From: Phyllobates terribilis
Taxonomy: Eukaryota
Assembly (NCBI RefSeq): GCF_046119375.1
Contig: NW_027362768.1
Location: 363,010,001-363,074,000, forward strand
Length of the DNA stretch: 64,000 bases
Direction of reading: 5' to 3'
The translations under genes were made by a program, and so were the position numbers. Of the stretch, positions 1 to 15,400 are shown in pieces (within the stretch, counting starts at the first letter, position 1; each line of letters begins with the position of its first letter). The notes below the pieces were generated by a model. The model saw only the letters and a list, made by a program, of their open reading frames with translations, searched no databases and was not told the DNA's origin.

Positions 1-79
1 GACTGAAACCGAATGCTGCTGGGGAGAATACAGTTAACTAGCTATTGAACTCGTTCTACGCCCGGGTCGCGAGCATTTT

Positions 80-1030
80 TATTGGTATATGGTCTCCCAT
101 GCTGGTATATGCTGCCCCCATCCTGGTATTTGTGCTGCCCCCATCCTGTCCCCACCATCCTATCCTGGTATGCATGGCACCCCTCACCCCCAATCCTGGT
201 ATGCGTGGCACCTCTCACCCCCAATCCTGGTATGCATGGCACCCCTCACCCCCAATCCTGGTATGCATGGCACCCCTCATCCCCAATCCTGGTATCCATG
301 GCACCCCTCACCCCCAATCCTGGTTTTGTGGTACCCCATCCCTATCCTGGTATGTATGGTATCCCTCATCCTGGTATGCATGGGCCCCTCACCCACATCC
401 TGGTATGCATGGCACCCCTCATCCCCATGCTGGTATGCATGGCACTCTTCATCCCTATCCTGGTATGCATGGGCCCCTCATCCCCAATCCTGGTATACAT
501 GGTACCCCTCGTCCCTATCCTGGTATGTATGGTACCCCTCATCCTGGTATGTATGGTACCCCGCATTCCTATCCTGGTATGTATGGTACCCCTCACCCCC
601 CAATCCTGGTATGCGTGGTCCCCTCACCCCCCAATCCTGGTATGCGTGGTCCCCTCACCCCCCAATCCTGGTATGCGTGGTCCCCCTCACCCCCCAATCC
701 TGGTATGCGTGGTCCCCCTCACCCCCCAATAATGGTATGCGTGGTCCCCCTCACCCCCCAATAATGGTATGCGTGGTCCCCCTCACCCCCCAATCCTGGT
801 ATGCGTGGTCCCCCTCACCCCCCAATCCTGGTATGCGTGGTACCCCTCACCCCGCAATCCTGGTATGTGTGGTACCCCTCACCCCCCAATCCCGGTATGT
901 GTGGTACCCCTCACCCCCCAATCCTGGTATGTGTGGTACCCCTCATCCTTGTATGCATGATCCCCTCACCCCACAATCCTGGTTTGTGTGGCCCACTCAC
1001 CCCCCAATCCTGGTATGTGTGGCCCCAGCA
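80..1030. repeat. Minisatellite, ~30-31 bp unit (CCCCAATCCTGGTATGCGTGGTCCCCCTCA-like)
   Basis: Tandem copies are directly visible. Units are more diverged at the left end. The array explains the overlapping repetitive ORFs 45-1208. Confidence 0.95.
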
Positions 1031-1034
1031 TCCC

Positions 1035-1617
1035 TTTCACACTGTACACACATACAAAAAAATAAACACTTATACTTACCTTTCTTCTCTGTGCTCCAGC
1101 GCTGCTGCGTCCTGTCGTGCCAGAGGCCGGGGGAGGAGTGCGGCGCCGGAGCACCGCGCTGTCCTGAGCCATTTTGCTGAAGACACACTGCAAATGTGTC
1201 TTCTGTAAAATGAAGCCGGATAGCGCTATGCACATGCGCCGATCCGACGCCTCACGCCTGCCCCGGTCTCCGGTGAAGAGAGGCGCCGCAGCAACGCTCC
1301 TCCCGGTCAGGTAAGTAAGGTGCCGGAGATCGTGGTATGCATTCAGTGTCTACGCATACCGCGATCTCCGGCGCTATACACTCTTCTTACCTGTAACGGC
1401 TAGATGCCTGCTTCTGTCTGGAGCCAGACTGCGCATCACGCATGCGCAGTCTATAGAGGCTTCAGACAGATATTCTTGCAGCGTTATATTATAGATTTTC
1501 TCCCTGCAGCTTTCTGCTAAGTGCAGGCGTCGGGCAGGTTGGTAACGCTATTAACCTGCAGATTAACCCCATATCTTCAGGTTAATAGCATTTTTGCTGG
1601 TGACAGGTTCTCTTTAA
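1035..1617. mobile_element. Non-autonomous T2/Kolobok-type MITE remnant with internal hairpins
   Basis: The right end TGACAGGTTCTCT-TTAA resembles T2-MITE termini. Internal palindromes are CCGGAGATCG..CGATCTCCGG and AGACTGCGCAT..ATGCGCAGTCT. The left end was not identified. Confidence 0.5.
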
Positions 1618-1624
1618 TATTTGG

Positions 1625-3014
<1,390 letters not shown>

Positions 3015-3479
3015 TAAATGAAGCAGAGAGCAGCAATTACTAATTGCACAATTATATCCGGAAGTAACGACGCTGCCGGCTCCGCATTTGGATAATTAAT
3101 AATTGATGACTCCCTCATATGTTGCGGTAGAGCCCCGGACACAACGTGCGTTTCATGTTGGCGTCTTTTGCGCTGTTTCTGTTATTATTATTCTGCTTTT
3201 TTCCTGGACACTTTTCTTGGCATAAATATATTAATTACTGCACTAATCCTGATTTTTAATCAGAGCATTTATTATCTCCATGGTTATTTCACTTTTTGCA
3301 ATGTGTTATATACAGTGTGTGTGTATATATATATAATTACACTGTATACACAGCTATATCTGCTATATACTTCTGCCCTGCTGTCCACCTGCACACATAA
3401 TACCCTTGCCCCATGATATCATGCTATGTCGGTAGATAAGCTCCCCTTGCAGTAATTCCCTCACTAGCAGACGTGTTTG

Positions 3480-3700
3480 CGTAGCAGGGGCGGTGACTGA
3501 GCTCCATTATCTCCTCTCAGCCTCCAGTGCTGCGCTCCCCCCAGCAGTTACTGTCCTGGCCGTCTCTTCTGCGCAGGCGCGGCGCCGCTCTGTTCCCAGC
3601 ACCTTGGAGAGCGGCCGTGGACTGCGCCCTCCGCCCGGCGGGGAAGGGATTGTCGTGTGTGAGCGCCCGGGGCGGGTGTCCAGCTGCCACTACAGAGGGG
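3480..3700. promoter_or_regulatory. CpG/GC-rich island-like segment, possible promoter
   Basis: Dense CpG, GC boxes (GGGGCGG, CCGCCC) and an NRF1-like TGCGCAGGCGC in an otherwise AT-richer context. Confidence 0.4.
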
Positions 3701-4049
3701 GGCAAGGCTGTGATGCCAGGAGGACCCCCCTAAGGCCCCCAATTCATCCCCTGCACCAGGGCAGCAGCCTCTGTGAACGGAGAGCAGCAGAGATCATCCT
3801 CTGATCACCCCCCATAGACTGCACAGGACACATCCACAGCTATGACAGCAGGAGGACCCCCATCATGCCCCCCAGTGTGGGCTCGTCACTGATCACAGGG
3901 CTGTGCCACCCACGCTGCCAGGCGTCCTCTACGCACAATAGGATCCGCGCAGAACAATAGCTGATCAATCACAGCCGACCTGATGACAGAGCCGAGAGGA
4001 CGGCGCCCCCTACTGAGCTAACACAAGGATGGTGAGACCCTCGTTATAC

Positions 4050-4848
4050 AGCGACGTGTGTGTGTGGACCCCGAGATGTGTGTATGGACCCCGAGATGTG
4101 TATATGGACCCCTGAGATGTGTGTATAGACCCCGAGATGTGTGCACGGACCCCCGAGACGTGCGTGTATAGACACCGAGATGTGTATATGGACCCCTGAG
4201 ATGTGTGTATAGACCCCCAGACGTGTGTATGGACCCCCAAGACGTGTGTATAGACCCCGAGATGTGTGTGTAGACCCCCTAGACTTGTGTATAGGCACCG
4301 AGATGTGTATATGGACCCCTGAGATGTGTGTATGGACCCCTGAGATGTGTGTATAGACCCCGAGACGTGTGTATGGACCCCCGAGACGTGTGTATAGACC
4401 CCGAGATGTGTGTATAGACACCCGAGACGTGTGTATAGACCCCCGAGACATGTGTATAGACAAAGATGTGTATATGGATCCCCGAGATGTGTATATGGAC
4501 CCCCGAGACGTGTGTATAGACCCCCGAGATGTGCGTACGGACCCCGTGATATGTGTGTAGACTCTGAGATGTGTGTATAGACCTCCGAGATGTGTATGGA
4601 CCCCCGAGACATGTGTATAGACCCCGAGATGTGTGTATGGACACCGAGATGTGTATATGGACCCCCGTGATATGTGTATAAACCCCTGAGACGTGTGTAT
4701 AGACACCGAGATGTGCATATGGACCCCTAGGATGTGTGTACAGACCCTCGAGATGTGTGTATGTACCTCAAGACATGTATATGGACCCCGAGACGTGTAT
4801 ATAGACCCCGAGATGTGCAGACCGAGATGTGTGTATAGACTGTAATAC

Positions 4849-4904
<56 letters not shown>

Positions 4905-4915
4905 CCCGAGATGTG
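4050..4915. repeat. Minisatellite, ~20-21 bp unit (CCCCGAGATGTGTGTATAGA), ending in a (GT)n(AT)n microsatellite at ~4850-4900
   Basis: Tandem copies are directly visible. Confidence 0.95.
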
Positions 4916-5554
4916 CAGGCCACGCACCTGACGGAGGCCGCATCCTTTAGATAGAAGTTGGATGACTATGGGTCTGATGATCCATCGTTCTGCTGATGCC
5001 GCCATTGGCTGCTAGAATTGTCCAGACTTGTTAGATTACAAGGAAAAATAATGTCCATGGAGGGGCCGAGGGAGGGCGGGGACAGATACTAGAGGGCCCC
5101 TATGCAGGAACTATATCAGGACCCCTCTGATCTGAAAGCTCATCATAAAGCCCCTCATTTCTTCTGTAACAGCCCACCAGTAATTGTCGGCTATGACGTT
5201 TCTTAGTTTGTGCCCTGAATAATAAGAAGCTGCTTTTCAGATGACGGTGGGGACAGAGAAATAAGCTGCTGCCCGGCCCCTCTGGTCACCGCTTATCTTT
5301 CTTGAGAACAAAAGGATTGGGAGATGAAACCCTCCGAGCATCTAATGTGCGTAGTGATGATGTTCAGGAAGAAGGGTCCCGCTGGTTTGGCCAACTTTGC
5401 TCTTGTGTGTGGACACCTTTAACAATCACTATAGTGTGACATCTGTGGGTGATGGGTCAGATCTTTATTGGAGCAGATTTAGAATATTATCACATATCAG
5501 TAACGATTGTAGCAATCACTGAAGAGTCTGCATGAAGGATGATGAAGAGCAGAG

Positions 5555-8500
5555 GATGGAGGACATTTTACCCAACATCACAGAGCAGAGGACATTGTAC
5601 CCGACATCACAGAGCAGAGGACGGAGGACATTGTACCCAACATCACAGAGCAGAGGACGGAGGACATTGTACCCAACATCACAGAGCAGAGAACGGAGGA
5701 AATTGTACCCAACATCACAGAGCAGAGGACGGAAGACATTGTACCCGACATCACAGAGCAGAGGACATTGTACCCAACATCACAGAGCAGTGGACGGAGG
5801 ACATTGTACCCAACATCACAGAGCAGTGGACGGAGGACATTGTACCCAACATCACAGAGCAGAGGACGGATGACATTGTACCCAGCATCACAGAGCAGAG
5901 GACATTGTACCCAACATCACAGAGCAGAGGACATTGTACCCAACATCATAGAGCAGTGGACGGAGGACATTGTACCCAACATCACAGAGCAGAGGACGGA
6001 TGACATTGTACCCAACATCACAGAGCAGAGGACATTGTACCCAACATCACAGAGCAGAGGACATTGTACCCAACATCATAGAGCAGAGGACGGAGGACAT
6101 TGTATCCAACATCACAGAGCAGAGGACGGAGGACATTGTACCCAACATCACAGAGCAGAGGACATTGTACCCAACATCACAGAGCAGAGAACGGAGGAAA
6201 TTGTACCCAACATCACAGAGCAGAGGACGGAGGAAATTGTACCCAACATCACAGAGCAGAGGACGGAGGAAATTGTACCCAACATCACAGAGCAGAGGAC
6301 GGAGGACATTGTACCCAACATCACAGAGCAGAGGACCGAGGACATTGTACCCAACATCACAGAGCAGAGGACGGAGGACATTGTACCCAACATCACAGAG
6401 CAGAGGACGGAGGACATTGTACCCAACATCACAGAGCAGAGGACATTGTACCCAACATCACAGAGCAGAGAACGGAGGAAATTGTACCCAACATCACAGA
6501 GCCGAGGATGGAGGAAATTGTATCCAACATCACAGAGCAGAGGACGGAGGACATTGTACCCAACATCACAGAGCAGAGGACATTGTACCCAACATCACAG
6601 AGCAGAGAATGGAGGAAATTGTACCCAACATCACAGAGCAGAGAACGGAGGAAATTGTACCCAACACCACAGAGCAGAGAACGGAGGAAATTGTACCCAA
6701 CATCACAGAGCAGAGGACGGAGGAAATTGTACCCAACGTCACAGAGCAGAGGACGGAGGACATTGTACCCAACATCACAGAGCAGAGGACGGAGGACATT
6801 GTACCCAACATCACAGAGCAGAGGACGGAGGACATTGTACCCAACATCACAGAGCAGAGGACATTGTACCCAACATCACAGAGCAGAGAACGGAGGAAAT
6901 TGTACCCAACATCACAGAGCAGAGGACATTGTACCCAACATCACAGAGCAGAGGACGGAGGACATTGTGTCCAACATCACAGAGTAGAGGACGGAGGACA
7001 TTGTACCTAACATCACAGAGCAGAGGACATTGTACCCAACATCACAGAGCAGAGAATGGAGGAAATTGTACCCAACATCACAGAGCAGAGGACGGAGGAA
7101 ATTGTACTCAACATCACAGAGCAGAGGACGGAGGACATTGTACCCAACATCACAGAGCAGAGGATGGAGGACATTGTACCCAACATCACAGAGCAGAGGA
7201 CGGAGGACATTGTACCCAACATCACAGAGCAGAGGACATTGTACCCAACATCACAGAGCAGAGAACGGAGGAAATTGTACCCAACATCACAGAACAGAGG
7301 ACGGAGGACATTGTATCCAACATCACAAAGCAGAATATAGAAGACATTGTACCCAACATCACAGAGCAGAGGACGGAGGACATTGTACCCAACATCACAG
7401 AACAGAGGACGGAGGACATTGTATCCAACATCACAAAGCAGAAGACAGAAGACATTGTAACCAACATCACAGAGCAGAGGGTGGAGGACATTGTACCCAA
7501 CATCACAGAACAGAAGACATTGTAACCAACATCACAGAGCAGAGGTTGGAGGACATTGTACCCAACATCACAGAGCAGGAGACAGAAGACATTGTAACCA
7601 ACATCACAGAGCAGAGGGTGGAGGACATTGTACCCAACATCACAGAGCAGAAGACAGAAGACATTGTAACCAACATCACAGAGCAGAGGGCGGAGGACAT
7701 TGTACCCAACATCACAGAGCAGAGGGCGGAGGACATTGTACCCAACATCACAGAGCAGAAGATGGATGACATTGTACCCAACATCACAGAGCAGAGGACA
7801 TTGTACCCAACATCACAGAGCAGAGGACGGAGGACATTGTACCCAACATCACAGAGCCGAAGACTGAGGACTTGTACCGGACATCACAGAGCAGAGGACA
7901 TTGTACCCAACATCACACAGCAGAGTACTGAGGACATTGTACCCGTCATCACAGAGCCGAGGACTGGGGACATTGTACCCGTCATCACAGAGCAGAGGAC
8001 TGAGGAGATTGTACCCAACATAACAAAGCAGAAGACTGAGGACATTGTACCCAACATCACAAAGCAGAAGATGGAGGACATTGTACCCATCTTCATAGAG
8101 CAGAGGACGGAGGAGATTGTACCCGACATCATAGAGCAGAGGACATTGTACCCGACATCATAGAGCAGAGGACATTGTACCGACATCACAGAGCTGAGGA
8201 CATTGTACCCGACATCACAGAGCAGAAGACTGAGGACATTGTACCCAACATCACAGAGCAGAGGACTGAGGACATTTTACCCAATATCACAGAGCAGAGG
8301 ACATTGTACCCGACATCACAGAGCTGAGGACATTGTACCCGACATCACAGAGCTGAGGACATTGTACCCGACATCACAGAGCAGAAGACTGAGGACATTG
8401 TACCCAACATCACAGAGCAGAAGACTGAGGACATTGTACCCGACATCACAGAGCAGAAGACTGAGGACATTGTACCCAACATCACAGAGCAGAGGACTGA

Positions 8501-8740
8501 GGAGATTGTACCCGACATCACAGAGCAGAGGACTGAGGACATTTTACCCAATATCACAGAGCAGAGGACATTGTACCCAACATCACAGAGCAGAGGACAT
8601 TGTACCCAACATCACAGAGCAGAGGACGGAGGAGATTGAACCCAACATCACAGAGCAGAGGACTGAGGACATTTTACCCAACATCACAGAGCAGAGGACT
8701 GAGGAAATTGTACCCAACATCACAGAGCAGAGGACGGAGG
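5555..8740. repeat. Minisatellite of interspersed 36-bp and 29-bp units (GGAGGACATTGTACCCAACATCACAGAGCAGAGGAC)
   Basis: Tandem copies are directly visible. The 29-mer is the 36-mer lacking 7 nt. The array produces the artefactual 150-585 aa ORFs. Confidence 0.97.
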
Positions 8741-9338
8741 ATGATGTAACAATCTGCGGAATGTTTACATAACGTTAAATAAGAAATTCTCCAGTATTAT
8801 AAATGGTGGGTGGGGCCCTGTAATAGATGTTTCAATAGGGGGCAGGGGATCTTAACATTATTCATCTTTGCTTATACCAAAACAATAGCTACTGGCAAAA
8901 AAGTGATAGTAACCAGGACGATAATGACTAAAGAAGTGAGCGGCGTTGGTCAGTCCAGGAGCGGGGGCAGGGCTTCAGATCACCCAAACACATTGCATGG
9001 AATAGTCTGAGAAGTCCGAAAAGAGGTGAAAGAGGGCGGCAAAAGCAGGTGCCAGGTGTTATCACTCTTAATATTATTTTGTTTTTTTCTTTGCTTTTGT
9101 CCTGATACATTTCTACTCAGATCTCGCTGGTCCAGTCACAATGGTGAATGTAGTGACCTGATAACAGCGTGTCTTGCTGATGTTTTTCGGACATATTCTC
9201 CCTCCACACTCACGTGCAGCCGTTTCCCATTCACAACCTCTCTTTCTATACAACCAAAGGTCCTAAGGCTGGAGCTTAAAGGGATTGTCCATTTTATCTT
9301 TAACAAATATGTTGGGGACTTTTGTGGTTTATTACATA

Positions 9339-11644
9339 CCGTGGGTACGGAAAGTATTCAGACCCGTTTACATTTTTCACTCTTTGTTTCATTGCAGCCA
9401 TTTGGTAAATTCTAAAAAGCAAATTTTTTCTCATTAATGTACACTCTGCACCCCATCTTGACTGAAAAAAAAAACAGAAATGTAGAAATTTTTGCAAATT
9501 TATTAAAAAAGAAAAACTGAAATATCACATGGTCATAAGTATTCAGACCCTTTGCTCAGTATTGAGTAGAAGCCCCCTTTTGAGCTAGTACAGCCATGAG
9601 TCTTCTTGGGAATGATGCAACAAGTTTTTCACACCTGGATTTGGGGATCCTCTGCCATTCTTCCTTGCAGATCCTCTCCAGTTCCATCAGGTTGGATGGT
9701 GAACGTTGGTGGACAGCCATTTTCAGGTCTCTCCAGAGATGTTCAATTGGGTTTAGGTCAGGGCTCTGGCTGGGCCAGTCAAGAATGGTCACAGAGTTGT
9801 TCTGAAGCCTCTCCTTTGTTATTTTAGCTGTGTGCTTAGGGTCATTGTCTTGTTGGAAGGTGAACCTTCGGCCAAGTCTGAGGTCCAGAGCACTCTAGAA
9901 AAGGTTTTCATCCAGGATATCTCTGTACTTGGCCGCATTCATGTTTCCTTCAATTGCAACCAGTCGTCCTGTACCTGCAGCTGAAAAACACCCCCATAGC
10001 ATGACGCTGCCACCACCATGTTTCACTGTTGGGATTGTATTGGGCAGGTGATGAGCAGTGCCTGTTTTTTTCCACACATACCGCTTAGAATTATCACCAA
10101 AAAGTTCTATCTTCGCCTCATCAGACCAGAGGATCTTATTTATCATAGTCTGGGAGTCCTTCATGTGTTTTTGAGCAAACTCTATGTTGGCTTTCATATG
10201 CCTTGAATCAGAGAATCATAGAATCATAGAATGGTAGAGTTGGAAGGGACCTCCTGGGTCATCTGGTCCAACCCCCTGCTCAAAGCAGGATTCACTAAAT
10301 CATCTCAGACAGATGTCTGTCCAGCCTCTGTTTGAAGACGTCCATTGAAGGGGAACTCACCACCTCTCGTGGCAGCCTGTTCCACTCATTAATCACCCTA
10401 ACTGTCAAAAAGTTTTTTCTAATATCTAATCTGTGTCTCCTCCCATTTAGTTTCATCCCATTGCTTCTAGTCTTTCCTTGTGAAAATGAGAATAAAGATG
10501 ATCCTTCTACAATGTGACAGCCCTTGACATATTTGTAGACAGCTATTAAGTCTCCTCTCAGTCTTCTTTTTTGCAAGCTAAACATTCCCAAATCCTGCAA
10601 CCGTTCCTCATAGGACATGGTTTGCAGACCAGTCACCATTCTGGTCGCTCTTCTCTGAACTTGCTCCAGTTTGTCGATGTCTTTTTTAAAATGTGGTGCC
10701 CAAAACTGTACACAGTATTCCAGATGAGGTCTGACCAAAGAGGAGTAAAGACCGATAATGACTTCACGTGATCTAGACTGTATGCTTCTGTTAATACATC
10801 CCAGAATTGTATTTGCCTTTTTTGCTGCTGCATCACATTGTTGACTCATGTTCAGTCTATGATCAGTTCAGTCTTGCACTGAGGACAGGCTTCCGTCGGG
10901 CCACTCTGCCATAGAGGCCCGACTGGTGGAGGGCTGCAGTGATAGTTGACTTTGTGGAACTTTCTCCCATCTCCCTATTGCATCTCTGGAGCTCAACCAC
11001 AGTGATCTTGGGGTTCTTCTTTACCTCTCTCACCAAGGCCCTTCTCCCAAGATTGCTCAATTTGGCTGGACGGCCAGGTCTAGGAAGACTTCTGGTGGTC
11101 CCAAACTTCTTCCATTTAAGGATTATGGAGGCCGCTGTGCTCTTAGGAACCTTGAGTAAAGCAGAAATTCTTTTGTAACCTTGGCCAGATCTGTGCCTTG
11201 CCACAATTCTGTCTCTGAGCTCCTTGGGCGGTTCCTTTGAGCTCATGATTCTCATTTGGTCTGACATGCACTGTGAGCTGTGAGGTCTTATATAGACAGG
11301 TGTGTGCCTTTCCAAATCATGTCCTATCAGTTTAATTAAACACAGCTGGACTCCAATGAGGGAGTAAAACCATCTCAAGGAGGATCACAAGGAAATGGAC
11401 AGCATGTGACTTAAATATGAGTGTCTAAGCATAGGGTCTGAATACTTATGACCATGTGATATTTCAGTTTTTCTTTTTTAATAAACTTGCAAAAATGTCT
11501 ACATTTCTGTTTTCTTTCAGTCAAGATGGGGTGCAGAGTGTACTTTAATGAGAAAAAAATGAACTTTTTAGAATTTACCAAATGGCTGCAATGAAACAAA
11601 CAGTGTAAAATTTAAAGGGGTCTGAATACTTTCCGTATCCACTG
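9339..11644 (-). mobile_element. Tc1-family transposon (family A, IR/DR type), interrupted by a CR1 insertion
   Basis: TIRs C(C/A)GTGGGTACGGAAAGTATTCAGACCC at both ends with flanking TA. Transposase pieces: 10863-11378, 9895-10197 and 9556-9792 ([11 protein letters not shown]). Confidence 0.95.
10206..10870 (-). mobile_element. 5'-truncated CR1 LINE (3' end of ORF2 plus (ATTCTATG)n tail)
   Basis: ORF 10295-10849 is the CR1 RT C-terminus (LVRPHLEYCVQFWAP...RNFLTVRVINEWNRLP). The tail reads AGAATCATAGAATCATAGAAT on the + strand. A near-TSD GCCTTG/GTCTTG lies at 10200-10205 and 10871-10876. Confidence 0.95.
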
Positions 11645-11874
11645 TAAGTTAAAAAAAAAGGTTCTATGAAACCACCAACCCAAGCCACGTGTCATCAGAA
11701 AATGACTTATATTATTTATATCTATATTAAAAAAAATGAAAAATAAAGAAAGAAAGCTTCAAGTTAGACTGTTACTTACCGCTCTTTCCAGCTGCAACAG
11801 ACTGGCTCTGACCCCATTTGATTGTATATAAGTATTTTTTGAGCATGCTATGTTCCAGGCACAGATTATTGTTA

Positions 11875-12190
11875 AGGGAAGGGAGGAGGTGAGCTGTGAC
11901 ATCACTGTAGTGAATGGTGGATTCTGTCTTGTCTAATGTATACAGAGGTGTTATCAGTCATTGTACAGGAGGAGGAGGTGAGCTGTGATATCACCTATTG
12001 TGAATGGTGGATCCTGTGTTATCTACTGTATATAGAAGTGTTATCAGTCATTGTACAGGAGGAGGAGGAGGTGAGCTGTGCTATCGCCTATTGTGAATGG
12101 TGGATCCTGTGTTATCTACTGTATGTGGAGGTGTTATCAGTCATTGTGCATGAGGAGGAGATGATATCACAGCTCACCTCCTTCCCCTCC
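11875..12190. repeat. ~90-bp tandem repeat, about 3 copies (GGAGGAGGTGAGCTGTGATATCACC...)
   Basis: The unit recurs near 11882, 11970 and 12064. Confidence 0.8.
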
Positions 12191-12468
12191 CTGCAGATTG
12201 ACCTCTACATAGGTTACAGAGCATGCTCACTACACTCTAACAGTCATCTATTTGTTCCGTTCCCTTGATCCATGAGGCCGCTCCCTTAATAATGTACAAG
12301 AAATAGATTTTAAAAAATCTACAATGGGAAAATAAAAATAGATTGAGAAAAATAATTTGCAAATGATTCTCAGTAAAGCATAAAATATAGTTGATACAAT
12401 TAATAACTCACGTGTATAATGTAATACTATTTATTCTCGTAGATTTTGCTGGATGAAGACCTTGTCCC

Positions 12469-15400
12469 ATGAGACTGATGGGTTTCTACATAAGCTCCTT
12501 GTCCAGAAGTCCCTGCACCAAGACGCAGGTGCGACACTACCAGGTGGCCCCGAGCTACAATTACAAATGGACGGACATCCACTATGAAGCCAGCAGGGGC
12601 AACGTGGAGAAGCTGCGGGGGCTACTGACCACCTCAGGTTGGGCAAAAAAAATTAGCGGAAAGGGACAGCCAATCATGTGACAGCATTAAATTTTAAAAA
12701 TAAGAGCTGGGATCTGATTGGTCGCTGTGAGGTCCTGCTTTACTTTTCCTTCGCCCCCCACCCTCACCATTACCCCCAGGTTAGTTCTTCAGTGTCTCTT
12801 TTATGTTGTAGACAAAGAGTTGGTGGATCGGAAAGACTATTATGGGAAGACACCCCTATATTGGGCAGCTTATAAAGGGCAAAGGATTTCGATGGAGTTA
12901 CTGCTGCAACATGGGGCCAATGTCAACAGTTGTTGTAAGCACGGCGGGACCCCCTTACATGCGGCCATTGGATTGTTTCCAGACTGTGCCCTCTTGCTAA
13001 TTCAGGTGAGAAACTATTCCCCCATGACACTCCCACACAGTACGACACCCCTACAGTGCCCCCCACAGTACGATGCATATAGTGGGCTATGGATATAAAA
13101 CAGATCCTTAATATTGTCTTAGGCACTTGCCTCTAAATTTATCCAGCACTTAAACCTTTAAAGAGGACCTGTCACTCAGTTTTTTTACAGTGAGTTAAAT
13201 ATCTTGTAAAAATCCCTGAGTTCCCCCGATTCTGCCACTGTTTTCCGTTTTGTTCTGCGTCGCTCCATTGCAGAGATATTCACATTTGTTACTTTTGTAG
13301 CGCAGCATGTGAAATCTCTGCTTGCAGTCCAACTGGGCGTTTCTTCAGAGACTTCTCTGGGGGCGCGCGCTTTCACCCCTCCTTCTCAGACGCTGCCAAT
13401 CATAGCTCAGACTCAGATGTTGCTGAGCTGTGATTAGCAGCGTCTGGAAGGGAGGCGTGATAGCGCACACCCTCAGAGAAGTCTCTGAAGAAATGCCCAG
13501 TTGGACTACAAGCAGAGATTTCACATGCTGCGCTCCAGAAGCAACAAATGTGAATATCTCTGCAATGGAGCGACACAGCACAAAACGGAAAAGAACGACA
13601 GAATCGGGAGCGCAGGAATATTTACAAAATATTAACCTCTAATTTTCTGACAATTAAAGAGGACCAGGCACCTTCTCAAAAAAATGTTGTCCAGTAATGT
13701 CACGTTATGATCAGCGATTTCTGTTTATTTGCACAGCATGGCGCCGATGTCAATCTGCAGGACAACTGGGGAGTGACACCCATGTACCTGGCGGCATGCA
13801 GCGGGCAGCTGGAGTGTATTCGGCTCCTGGTGCAGGCAGGCGCTGACATCACATATAAGAACAAGGTAAGTGGATCATATAATATTATATTATAGATACA
13901 TGTGTGGCAGGACTGTATTATAGCAGGTAGAAGGATATTGGGGAAAGTAAATCGAGGGGGCGGCGTTTATTATCCTCATCTATTAGCAACTGCTCAGTGA
14001 CTTCAAAGAACAGAACAGTCAATGCAGCTCTGGAGTATAATACTGGATGTAACTCAGGATCAGTAATGTATGTACACAGTGACTGCACCAGCAGAATAGT
14101 GAGTGCAGCTCTGGAGTATAATACAGGATGTAACTCAGGATCAGTAATGCAATGTATGTACACAGTGACTGCACCAGCAGAATAGTGAGTGCAGCTCTGG
14201 AGTATAATACAGGATGTAACTCAGGATCAGTAATGTAATGTATGTACACAGTGACTGCACCAGCAGAATAGTGAGTGCAGCTCTGGAGTATAATACAGGA
14301 TGTACAGTGGGTACGGAAAGTATTCAGACCCCTTTACATTTTTCACTCTTTCTTTCATTGCAGCCATTTGGTAAATTCTAAAAAGTTCATTTTTTTCTCA
14401 TTAAAGTACACTCTGCACCCCATCTTGACTGAAAAATTTTTTTGTAAATGTATTAAAAAAGAAAAACTGAAATATCACATGGTCATAAGTATTCAGACCC
14501 TATGCTTAGACACTCGTATTTAAGTCACATGCTGTCCATTTCCTTGTGATCCTCCTTGAGATGGTTCTACTCCTTCATTGGAGTCCAGCTGTGTTTAATT
14601 AAACTGATAGGACTTGATTTGGAAAGGCACACACTTGTCTATATAAGACCTCACAGCTCACAGTGCATGTCAGACCAAATGAGAATCATGAGCTCAAAGG
14701 AACTTCCCAAGGAGCTCAGAGACAGAATTGTGGCAAGGCACAGATCTGGCCAAGGTTACAAAAGAATTTCTGCTTTACTCAAGGTTCCTAAGAGCACAGT
14801 GGCCTCCATAATCCTTAAATGGAAGAAGTTTGGGACCACCAGAAGTCTTCCTAGACCTGGCCGTTCAGCCAAACTGAGCAATTGTGGGAGAAGAGCCTTG
14901 GTGAGACAGGTAAAGAAGAACCCCAAGATCACTGTGGCTGAGCTTCAGAGATGCAGTAGGGAGATGGGAGAAAGTTTCACAAAGTCAACTATCACTGCAG
15001 CCCTCCACCAGTCGGGCCTTTATGGCCGAGTGGCCCGATGGAAGCCTCTCTTCAGTGCAAAACATATGAAAACCCGCATAGAGTTTGCTCAAAAACACAT
15101 GAAGGACTCCCAGACTATGAGAAATAAGATTCTCTGGTTTGATGAGATGAAGATAGAACTTTTTGGTGATAATTCTAAGTGGTATATGTGGAGAAAACCA
15201 GGCACTGCTCATCACCTGCCCAATACAATCCCAACAGTGAAACATGGTGGTGGCAGCATCATGCTATTGGGGTGTTTTTCAGCTGCAGGGACAGAACGAC
15301 TGGTTGCAATTGAAGGAAACATGAATGCAGCCAAGTACAGAGATATCCTGGATGAAAACCTTTTCTAGAGTGCTCTGGACCTCAGACTTGGCCGAAGGTT

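Noticed and set aside
1080-1207. Minus-strand exon-like segment (TTTTACAG|...AAAG|GTAAGT)
   Set aside because: It sits in a MITE-like element. The ATACTTACC motif also occurs in another MITE here (~57230), so the donor is probably repeat-borne.
45-1208. Long Pro/His/Gly-rich ORFs
   Set aside because: All three frames are open only because of the 30-31 bp minisatellite. There is no splice context or domain.
5532-8772. 150-585 aa repetitive ORFs (EDIVPNITEQRT)n
   Set aside because: These are translations of a T-poor minisatellite, and frames switch at each 29-bp unit.
14556-15368. Active Tc1 transposase
   Set aside because: It has a premature stop and a downstream deletion. All other Tc1 copies are also disrupted.
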